From Myxococcota bacterium (lineage in GTDB: Bacteria > Myxococcota > Myxococcia > Myxococcales > Myxococcaceae): a stretch of 64,000 nt of DNA. Positions within the stretch are counted from its first letter, which is position 1. The number at the start of each line of letters is the position of its first letter. This document shows, in pieces, positions 1-6,569 of this stretch. The stretch spans positions 62,001 through 126,000 of the forward strand of contig JBMORE010000022.1 in assembly GCA_049322255.1 (NCBI GenBank), in the 5' to 3' direction. The position numbers and the translations under genes are program-made. Under the pieces are notes generated by a model. The model was not told the origin of the DNA, did no database searches, and saw only the letters and a list, made by a program, of their open reading frames with translations.

Positions 1-58
1 TGGCAATGCAGAATCAGCGAGGGCCGCCTCAGGCTCCGACATTACGTTGGAGCATATC

Positions 59-91
59 CCCTCTCCCCCTGGGAGAGGGTCAGGGTGAGGG
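59..91. repeat. REP-like palindrome copy 1
   Basis: CCCTCTCCC-cct-GGGAGAGGG-tcaGGGTGAGGG; same element at 1967, 2512, 5613, 27168 and 63679. Confidence 0.9.
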
Positions 92-358
92 GCGCATTTC
101 CCCACAAGCACTCTTCGCTTCCGGATGCTTGCCGTAGACCAGCTCCAGCCGGTCTTTGGTCTCCCCCGTCTTTTCGTCGAAGAGCGGTGTTCCTCCGGCG
201 TACATCGTCCCTTGCGGGTTGCCGAACGGGTCGAGCCCCCGCGCGGCGAGGTAGGCATCGACGCACGCCTCCTCGGTCTGGGGGCTGGCCGGGGCCGGCT
301 TCTTCTGGCAGGCGAAGAGCGCGAGCAAAAACAGGAGCAGCCGGGGGCCGATTTTCAT
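80..358 (-). CDS. Small lipoprotein, unknown function (92 aa)
   Basis: C-terminal part of ORF 80..1162. ATG at 358, signal peptide with lipobox (MKIGPRLLLFLLALFA-C), motif GxPxGTMYAGGTPLFDExTG. The stop codon lies inside REP copy 1. Confidence 0.75.
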   Translation of the reverse strand: MKIGPRLLLFLLALFACQKKPAPASPQTEEACVDAYLAARGLDPFGNPQGTMYAGGTPLFDEKTGETKDRLELVYGKHPEAKSACGEMRPSP

Positions 359-385
359 AATGATGCAGCCTACCCGAGGAACGCT

Positions 386-1273
386 CTGACGCCTGCCGCT
401 TCCATCCTCGACACCATTGGGGCCACGCCGGTGGTGCGCCTGTTGCGCGTGGTGCCCGCGGGCTCGGCCGAGGTGCTCGTCAAGCTCGAGCAGCTGGGCC
501 CCAACGGTTGCGCGCAAGACCGCGTCGCCCTGGCGCTGCTGGAAGGAGCGCCGCCGAAGGCGCCGGTGGTGGAGGCGTCGAGCGGTAACACCGGCATCGC
601 GCTGGCGATGGTGTGTGCGATGCGCGCTCATCCGCTCACCGTGGTGATGCCCGAGCACGTCAGCCTCGAGCGGCGGCAGCTGCTTTCGGCCTACGGGGCC
701 AAGGTCGAGCTGACACCCGCTCAGGAGGGCATGCGTGGCGCGATCGAGCGGGCGCGCGCGCTGGCCGCGCAGACGGGCGCATACTTCCCCAACCAGTTCG
801 AAAGTCTCGCCGCCGTCGACGTGCACCAGGCCACCACGGCTCAGGAGCTCTTGGCGACCATCCGCGCCGACGGGGGCCGCATCGATGCTTTCGTGTGCGG
901 CGCCGGCACTGGCGCCTTGCTGACGGCGGTGGGCCGCGCGCTGAAGGCGGCCTTCCCCGGGGTGCGGGTGGTGCGGGTTCTTCCCGAAGCGACCGGTGAG
1001 CCTCACCGCCTTTTGGGGATCGATGCTCACCTCGATCTGCCGTTGATCGACCGTGCGGTGGTGGACGAAACGCTGAAGGTGAGCGACCGCGAGGCGTGGC
1101 AGATGAAGCTCCGCCTGGGCAAGGAAGAGGGGCTGCTCGTCGGCATCTCCACCGGAGCCCACCTCGTCGCCGCCAGCGTGCTCGCCCAGCGGCTGGGCGT
1201 GGGCAAGCGCGTCTACACCCTCGCCTGCGACACCGGCGAGCGCTATTTCAGCCTGGCGGAGCAGTTTTCATGA
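386..1273 (+). CDS. Cysteine synthase-like protein (CysK fold), catalytic PLP Lys replaced by Gln
   Basis: ILDTIGATP, SSGNTG, NQF and DTGERY motifs present, but SVKDR reads CAQDR. Probable CTG start at 386 after GAGGA. Confidence 0.85.
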   Translation: MTPAASILDTIGATPVVRLLRVVPAGSAEVLVKLEQLGPNGCAQDRVALALLEGAPPKAPVVEASSGNTGIALAMVCAMRAHPLTVVMPEHVSLERRQLLSAYGAKVELTPAQEGMRGAIERARALAAQTGAYFPNQFESLAAVDVHQATTAQELLATIRADGGRIDAFVCGAGTGALLTAVGRALKAAFPGVRVVRVLPEATGEPHRLLGIDAHLDLPLIDRAVVDETLKVSDREAWQMKLRLGKEEGLLVGISTGAHLVAASVLAQRLGVGKRVYTLACDTGERYFSLAEQFS

Positions 1274-1956
1274 CGCGGGCGGTGGTGATTGGCGCCGGAG
1301 GCCTGGGGTGCGCGGCGGCGCTGGCGCTGGCGAAGGTGGGGGCGGAGCTGACCCTGGTCGACCCCGATCGTGTCGACGCCACCAACCTGCACCGCCAGCT
1401 GCTTCACCGCGTGTCGGACGTCGGCCGGCTCAAGGTGGAGAGCGCGGCGGATCGGCTGCGAGAGGCCTTCCCCTCGCTGGTTCTTCACACGCAGGCGGCG
1501 GCCGTGGGGGCGGCGAACGCAGAAAGGCTCTTTTCCAGCCACGACGTGGTCATCGATGGTACCGACGGGGTGGCGACGAAGTTTTTGCTCTCGGACGCGG
1601 CGGTGCTCACCGGGGTGCCGCTGGTGTACGGGGGGGTGGTGCAGTGGCGAGGGCAGGCGATGCGCATCGCTCCCGGCGGCCCGTGCCTGCGTTGTCTGTT
1701 CGAGGCGCCGCCTCCTCCTGACGCCGTGCCCACCTGCGCGCAGGCGGGGGTGTTGGGGTCGATGGCCGGGGTGGTGGGAGGCCTCCAGGCTCACCTCGCG
1801 CTGGAGGGTGAACCCGGAGGGCTGTATGTCGTAGAAGGGCACAGCCTCTGTGCACGGGTGGTGACCGTGCGCAGGGCCGAAGACTGCCGCTCGTGTGCTC
1901 CTTCGGCGCGGGCGGGCTTGAGGCTTTTGGACGAGGAGGATCGGTGCGCGCGCTGA
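1270..1956 (+). CDS. ThiF/MoeB family E1-like adenylyltransferase (active half, lacks N-terminal RYSRQ helix)
   Basis: GAGGLG, DPDRVDATNLHRQ, K, DGTD, CLRC..CRSC Zn motifs and PTC Cys; ATGA overlap with the upstream stop. Confidence 0.9.
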   Translation: MTRAVVIGAGGLGCAAALALAKVGAELTLVDPDRVDATNLHRQLLHRVSDVGRLKVESAADRLREAFPSLVLHTQAAAVGAANAERLFSSHDVVIDGTDGVATKFLLSDAAVLTGVPLVYGGVVQWRGQAMRIAPGGPCLRCLFEAPPPPDAVPTCAQAGVLGSMAGVVGGLQAHLALEGEPGGLYVVEGHSLCARVVTVRRAEDCRSCAPSARAGLRLLDEEDRCAR

Positions 1957-2231
1957 GAGACAACGCCCCTCACCCCCACCCTCTCCCAGAGGGAGAGGGG
2001 GTGTGCGCGCGGGTGGACATCACCGGTGAGGTGTGCCCGATGACCTACGTGCGCACCAAGCTCGCGCTGGAGGCGCTCCCGGCGGGCCAGGTGCTCGAGG
2101 TGCTTTTGGCTGGAGACGAGCCACTAAAGAACGTGCCGCGGAACGCGGCGGAGGAGGGGCACCAGGTGATCAGCCTCACTTCCCTTTCCGGAGGCGTGCA
2201 CCGCCTCCTCCTTCGCAAGAACAGGAGCTAA
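1944..2231 (+). CDS. TusA/SirA family sulfurtransferase
   Basis: VDITGEVCPMTYVRTKLALE motif. Start is GTG 1944 (after GAGGAGG) or GTG 2001. Confidence 0.85.
   Translation: MRALRDNAPHPHPLPEGEGVCARVDITGEVCPMTYVRTKLALEALPAGQVLEVLLAGDEPLKNVPRNAAEEGHQVISLTSLSGGVHRLLLRKNRS
1967..1999. repeat. REP-like palindrome copy 2 (opposite orientation)
   Basis: CCCTCACCCCCA-CCCTCTCCC-aga-GGGAGAGGG. Confidence 0.9.
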
Positions 2232-2236
2232 CGACG

Positions 2237-2734
2237 ATGGCCACGGTGCGAATTCCCACCCCGCTGCGCAGCTACACCCAGAACAAAGAGGAGGTCATCG
2301 CTGCGGGCACGACGGTGCGCGAGGTGCTGAACAACCTCGAGGCAAGCTACCCGGGCATCGGCGCGCGGCTGTTGGACGACAAGGGAGGGGTTCGCCGTTA
2401 CGTGAACATTTTTCATAACGACGAGGACATTCGCTTCCTCCAGGCGCTCGACACCCCGGTGACCGACTCCGACAAGCTGAGCATCATTCCCGCGATCGCC
2501 GGCGGCGCTCTCCCTCTCCCTCTGGGAGAGGGTGGGGGTGAGGGGCGACAGCTCCAAACAACCGGGAGCGGGATCGGGAGCGGGAGCGTTTGCGGGGACG
2601 GGAACGGGAACGGGAACGGATCACGTCCCACGCCAACCGGGCACGTGACCCGCAACCGTGTGCCGCATGCGTCCCCGATGCCCGCAAACGCTCCCGCTCC
2701 CGATCCCGCTCCCGGCTTCTCACTCGTCGGTTAG
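2237..2734 (+). CDS. Ubiquitin-like sulfur carrier (MoaD/CysO family) with C-terminal extension after GG
   Basis: MATVRIPTPLR...RRYVNIFHNDEDIRFL...SIIPAIAGG (GG codons 2501-2506), then 75 more codons; AGGAG RBS. Confidence 0.9.
   Translation: MATVRIPTPLRSYTQNKEEVIAAGTTVREVLNNLEASYPGIGARLLDDKGGVRRYVNIFHNDEDIRFLQALDTPVTDSDKLSIIPAIAGGALPLPLGEGGGEGRQLQTTGSGIGSGSVCGDGNGNGNGSRPTPTGHVTRNRVPHASPMPANAPAPDPAPGFSLVG
2512..2544. repeat. REP-like palindrome copy 3, inside the sulfur-carrier ORF
   Basis: CCCTCTCCC-tct-GGGAGAGGG-tggGGGTGAGGG. Confidence 0.9.
2562..2715. repeat. MITE-like element with perfect 35-bp inverted repeats
   Basis: 2562-2596 CCGGGAGCGGGATCGGGAGCGGGAGCGTTTGCGGG is the exact reverse complement of 2681-2715; internal CGGGAA tandem hexamers. 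Confidence 0.85.
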
Positions 2735-2740
2735 CTCCCG

Positions 2741-3355
2741 ATGTCCCTTTCAGAGGACCAAATCCTCCGCTACTCCCGCCAGATCCTCCTCTCCGCGGTC
2801 GGAGGCACCGGCCAGGAAAAACTCCTGGCGCAGGGAGCAACCCTCACCGGCGAGGGCTGCGCCCAGAGCGTCGCCGCCGCCTATTTGGCCGGAGGCGGCA
2901 CCCCCCTCGAAACGCGCGAACGACCGGTGAGCGGGGAGGAAGTCGGCTTTCTCCTCGGCGCCGCTGACGTCGGAAAGAGCCTGCGGAGCACAACGAGCGC
3001 AGCCCTGCTCGACGCCAACCCCGACGCCCGAGCCGAGGTGGGTGAGCGCGGCGTGGTGGGCGAGCTCCCCGCTTCCTTTTCCGGGCCCGCACCCTGGGTC
3101 GCGCTGGGGTGGAGCAAAAAAAATGGCGCAGTGGTCTACCGCTCAAAGAATGGTTGCCAGGCCTGCTTCGAAGCGACCGCCGGCGGCCTCACCAACGGCC
3201 CCTCTTCCGCGCGCTCGGTGATGCTCGGCGCCCTCGGTGCGCTGGCCTTTCAACGCCTGGTGCTCGGTCTGTCGGAAGACTTGGGAGGTGTTTGGCTCGA
3301 CGAGAGCGGGGCGCTCACCCCCATGACGCTGACGCGCTGCGAGGCCCACCGTTGA
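2741..3355 (+). CDS. Degenerate ThiF/MoeB family protein (inactive adenylation half, keeps RYSRQ)
   Basis: LSEDQILRYSRQILL..VGG.GQEKL, DVGK and CQAC present; no GxGxxG, no SNLxRQ, no catalytic Cys. Confidence 0.8.
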   Translation: MSLSEDQILRYSRQILLSAVGGTGQEKLLAQGATLTGEGCAQSVAAAYLAGGGTPLETRERPVSGEEVGFLLGAADVGKSLRSTTSAALLDANPDARAEVGERGVVGELPASFSGPAPWVALGWSKKNGAVVYRSKNGCQACFEATAGGLTNGPSSARSVMLGALGALAFQRLVLGLSEDLGGVWLDESGALTPMTLTRCEAHR

Positions 3356-4293
3356 TTCCCCGCCACGGCGAAGCCTCGCTCGACACGGTGGCGAAGCTGG
3401 TGGGGAACACCCCTTTGTTGCGCCTGCCCGTGCCAGCGGACTGCGGGGAGGTGGAAGTCTACGCCAAGCTCGAATTCTTCAACCCCGGCGGCAGCGTCAA
3501 AGACCGCCCCGCGCTGCGGATGATCCTCGACGCCCAGGAGGCCGGGCACTTCGACGGCGGCAAGGTGCTCATCGACTCCACCAGCGGGAACACGGGGGTC
3601 GCCTACGCGTGGATCGGCGCTGCCCTGGGGCTGAAGGTCGCCCTGGTGATGCCCGCGAACGTCTCTGCCGCGCGCAAGCGCATCACCTCCGCGTACGGCG
3701 CAAAGCTCATCTACTCCGACCCGATGGAGGGCTCCGACGGCGCCATCCACCACGTGCGCAAGCTCGTGGCGCAGCACCCCGATCGCTACTTCTACCCCGA
3801 CCAGTACTCCAACGAGGCCAACCCGCGGGCGCACTACCTGACCACGGGGAAAGAGATTTGGGAGCAGACACAAGGGCGGGTGACACACTTCGTCTGCGGC
3901 ATCGGCACCGGCGGCAGCGTGATGGGCACCGGCCGGCGCCTCAAAGAGCTTCAGCCGAGCGTTCGGGTCATCGCCGTCGAGCCGCTCGAGCCGATGCACG
4001 GCCTCGAAGGGCTCAAGCACATGCCGACGTCGATCGTCCCCGCCATCTACAAGGAGCACGAGCTGGACGAGAAGCTTTCGGTCTCCACCGACGAAGGTTG
4101 GGACATGTCCGAGGCGCTCGGGCGGCAGGGCCTGCTCGTCGGCCACTCCTCCGGAGCCGCGCTGGTGGGAGCGTTGACGGTGGCCCGGCGTCTGGCGGCG
4201 CACGACGAAAAGGGCGTGGTGGTGACGCTCTTCCCCGACCGCGCCGATCGCTATTTCGAGCCGGCGCGCTGGGACAGGAAGTTCTCGTGGTGA
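3352..4293 (+). CDS. cysM: Cysteine synthase B / CysO-dependent sulfhydrylase
   Basis: KLEFFNPGGSVKDR with PLP Lys, TSGNTG, DQYSN, GTGGS; TTG start overlapping the upstream stop. Confidence 0.85.
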   Translation: MIPRHGEASLDTVAKLVGNTPLLRLPVPADCGEVEVYAKLEFFNPGGSVKDRPALRMILDAQEAGHFDGGKVLIDSTSGNTGVAYAWIGAALGLKVALVMPANVSAARKRITSAYGAKLIYSDPMEGSDGAIHHVRKLVAQHPDRYFYPDQYSNEANPRAHYLTTGKEIWEQTQGRVTHFVCGIGTGGSVMGTGRRLKELQPSVRVIAVEPLEPMHGLEGLKHMPTSIVPAIYKEHELDEKLSVSTDEGWDMSEALGRQGLLVGHSSGAALVGALTVARRLAAHDEKGVVVTLFPDRADRYFEPARWDRKFSW

Positions 4294-4742
4294 AGCTGCC
4301 CCAAGACTTGAGCGAGGTGCTCGCCCACCTGCGCTCGACCTACCCCGACGAAGGGTGTGGGCTCATCTTGCGAAAGGAAGAGGAAACCTTCCGCGTACGG
4401 CCGATGAGCAACGCCTACGATCGCTACCACGCCAAAGACCCCGACCGCTTTCCCCGCACCGCCCGCACGGCGTACCTCTTCGACCCCAAAGAGCAGCTCC
4501 ACGCCTATGCAGAGGCCGAGGCCCGCGGCGAAACCATCTGCTGCATCTACCACTCGCACTGCGACGCCGGCGCCTACTTCTCCGCCGAAGACAAGGTGAT
4601 GGCGGCTCCCGACGGAGAGCCGATTCTCCCCGGGGTGGGCTACCTCGTGGTCGCCATCGATCAGGGCAGGCCGACGGCGGCCAAGCTTTTCTGGTGGGAA
4701 GACGGAAATTTCCAGGAAGCCTCAGTTCCGTTGCCGTTGTAG
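4290..4742 (+). CDS. JAMM/MPN (Mov34) metalloprotease, Mec+-like
   Basis: YPDEGCG ... YHSHCDAGAYFSAED (E...HxH...S..D); GTGA overlap. Confidence 0.9.
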   Translation: MKLPQDLSEVLAHLRSTYPDEGCGLILRKEEETFRVRPMSNAYDRYHAKDPDRFPRTARTAYLFDPKEQLHAYAEAEARGETICCIYHSHCDAGAYFSAEDKVMAAPDGEPILPGVGYLVVAIDQGRPTAAKLFWWEDGNFQEASVPLPL

Positions 4743-4813
4743 GGAGCCCAATTTCTCGTTTTCGAGCCAGGACTTGCCCGCCCCGCGGCCAGACGGCGGG
4801 AAAGTGCGACAAT

Positions 4814-4842
4814 TTGTAAATACGGGCTGCTTCGTCTATAAG
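4814..4842 (+). promoter_or_regulatory. Putative sigma70 promoter for cysC-larE
   Basis: TTGTAA-17 nt-TATAAG in an AT-richer intergenic region. Confidence 0.6.
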
Positions 4843-4896
4843 GGCGCGTCTTTTGGCGAACAAAAACCGGACACCCGGGCCGAAAAGGGAATGTAA

Positions 4897-5610
4897 ATGC
4901 CCAATAACATTGGATTTACCGTGTGGCTGACCGGAATGTTGGGAACTGGGAAGACCACCTTGGCCAACTATCTGGCGGCTCGGCTTCGCCAAGTGGGCCG
5001 AAACGTCGAGGTTCTCGACGAAGAAGAGGTGGGGGACGCCCTGTGGGGGGAGGAGATCGGTGAGACCAAGGACGAGCGGAACATGACCGTTCGCCGGCTG
5101 GGTTACGTCTCCAATCTGCTCACCCGCAACAACTCTGCGGTGCTGGTGGCCTCGGTGAGCCCGTACAAGGCCTCGCGCGAGGAGAACCGCCGCCTCATCG
5201 GGCGCTTCATCGAGGTGTACGTCGATTGCCCGACCGAGAAGCTCATTTCGCGGGACACCACCGGGCGGTACAAGAAGGCCCTCTCGGGGGAAATCCCCAA
5301 CTTCATCGGCATCACCGAGCCGTACGAGCCGCCGCACGCGCCTGAAGTCACCATCCACTCCGACGTCGAGCCGGTGGAGGAGGGGGCGCGCAAAATCTTC
5401 CAGTCCCTGCTCGACCTGTCCTACTTGACCGCCGAGGAGCTGAAGACCATCACCGGCAAGCGGATGAAGGCCAACCCGCTGGCGAAGAAGGCGCGCCGGT
5501 CGCTCAAGGGGCCTGCCAAGGGCGCACGGGCCGCCCGCCGTCCAGCGTCTCGCGCGGCGCGGGTGGCAAAGGCCTCCAAGAGGGCAGCGGGCAAGCGCAA
5601 GGGCCGCTAA
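4897..5610 (+). CDS. cysC: Adenylyl-sulfate kinase with basic K/R/A-rich C-terminal tail
   Basis: TVWLTG..GTGKTT, SPY..R, RD..GRYKKAL.GEIPNFIGI..PYE.P. Confidence 0.85.
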   Translation: MPNNIGFTVWLTGMLGTGKTTLANYLAARLRQVGRNVEVLDEEEVGDALWGEEIGETKDERNMTVRRLGYVSNLLTRNNSAVLVASVSPYKASREENRRLIGRFIEVYVDCPTEKLISRDTTGRYKKALSGEIPNFIGITEPYEPPHAPEVTIHSDVEPVEEGARKIFQSLLDLSYLTAEELKTITGKRMKANPLAKKARRSLKGPAKGARAARRPASRAARVAKASKRAAGKRKGR

Positions 5611-5612
5611 AA

Positions 5613-5644
5613 CCCTCTCCCCCTGGGAGAGGGGTGGGTGAGGG
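5613..5644. repeat. REP-like palindrome copy 4
   Basis: CCCTCTCCC-cct-GGGAGAGGG-gtGGGTGAGGG between cysC and larE. Confidence 0.9.
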
Positions 5645-5647
5645 AAC

Positions 5648-6517
5648 GTGAGCCTGACCGAAACCCAGATCAGCGCACGGTGCGCCGCCTCCCAGCACAA
5701 GCTCGACGCCGTGCGCGCGGCGATGCGGGCGCACGGCTCGGCGCTGGTCGCCTTCTCCGGTGGCGTCGATTCGGCCTTCGTGCTCAAGATCGCGCGCGAC
5801 GAGCTGGGGGCCCAGGCAGTGGCGCTCACCGCCGTATCGCCTTCGGTGGCTCCCGAGGAAGTGCGCGAGGCGAAACAGCTCGCCGACAAGCTCGGCGTGC
5901 GCCACGTGCTGGTCGACTCCCACGAGCTGAAAAACCCCAGCTACGCCGCCAACCCCCAAAACCGCTGTTACTTCTGCAAGAGCGAGCTGTACGACATCGC
6001 CGAGGGCAAGCGACAGGAGCTGGGTCTGGCGGTGGTGCTCGATGGTTACAACGCCGATGACGAAAAAGATCATCGGCCCGGGCATCAGGCGGCACAGGAG
6101 CACCGGGTGCGTTCGCCTTTGGCCGAGAACGGGCTGACCAAGGAAGAAATTCGCGCCTGGTCCCACCGGATGGCGCTCCCCACCTGGGACAAGCCGCAGC
6201 TGGCGTGTCTTGCCTCGCGCATTCCGTACGGCACCGCGGTGACCGCCGAGCGCCTCGTTCAGATCGGCAGTGCCGAGTCAGACTTGAAGGCGCTGGGCCT
6301 GCGCGTCTTCCGCGTGCGTTACCACGGAGACCTCGCGCGCCTGGAAGTCGGCGCCGAAGAGCAGCGACGCTTCGATGACCCCAGCTTCCGCCAGGCGGTC
6401 AACGACGCGCTGCGCCGCCGGGGGTTTTCCTTCGTCGCCCTGGACTTGGAACCTTTTCGCTCGGGGAGAATGAACGAAGCGGTGGGCCCGCTGCTCAAGC
6501 CCTTTGCTTCCGGGTAG
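5648..6517 (+). CDS. larE: LarE-family PP-loop ATP-dependent sulfur transferase
   Basis: AFSGGVDS PP-loop, NRCYFCK, HRPG, CLASRIPYG, FRSGRMN. Confidence 0.85.
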   Translation: MSLTETQISARCAASQHKLDAVRAAMRAHGSALVAFSGGVDSAFVLKIARDELGAQAVALTAVSPSVAPEEVREAKQLADKLGVRHVLVDSHELKNPSYAANPQNRCYFCKSELYDIAEGKRQELGLAVVLDGYNADDEKDHRPGHQAAQEHRVRSPLAENGLTKEEIRAWSHRMALPTWDKPQLACLASRIPYGTAVTAERLVQIGSAESDLKALGLRVFRVRYHGDLARLEVGAEEQRRFDDPSFRQAVNDALRRRGFSFVALDLEPFRSGRMNEAVGPLLKPFASG

Positions 6518-6569
6518 CCAGCTTCCCTACAATCGCGCCGTAGGGTCGGTCGATCGGAGGCAACCTCGC

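Noticed and set aside
1944..2011. 9-bp direct repeat GTGCGCGCG flanking REP copy 2 as a target-site duplication
   Set aside because: Low-complexity GC sequence, not flush with the REP ends, and not noticed at the other copies.
2562..2620. CGGGAN tandem hexamers as a CRISPR array
   Set aside because: No repeat-spacer periodicity and no cas genes; part of an inverted-repeat element.
1270..4742. E1 + Ubl + JAMM as an antiphage Bil/CBASS-type conjugation system
   Set aside because: No E2 or cyclase. The context (cysM, tusA, cysC, larE) points to sulfur metabolism.
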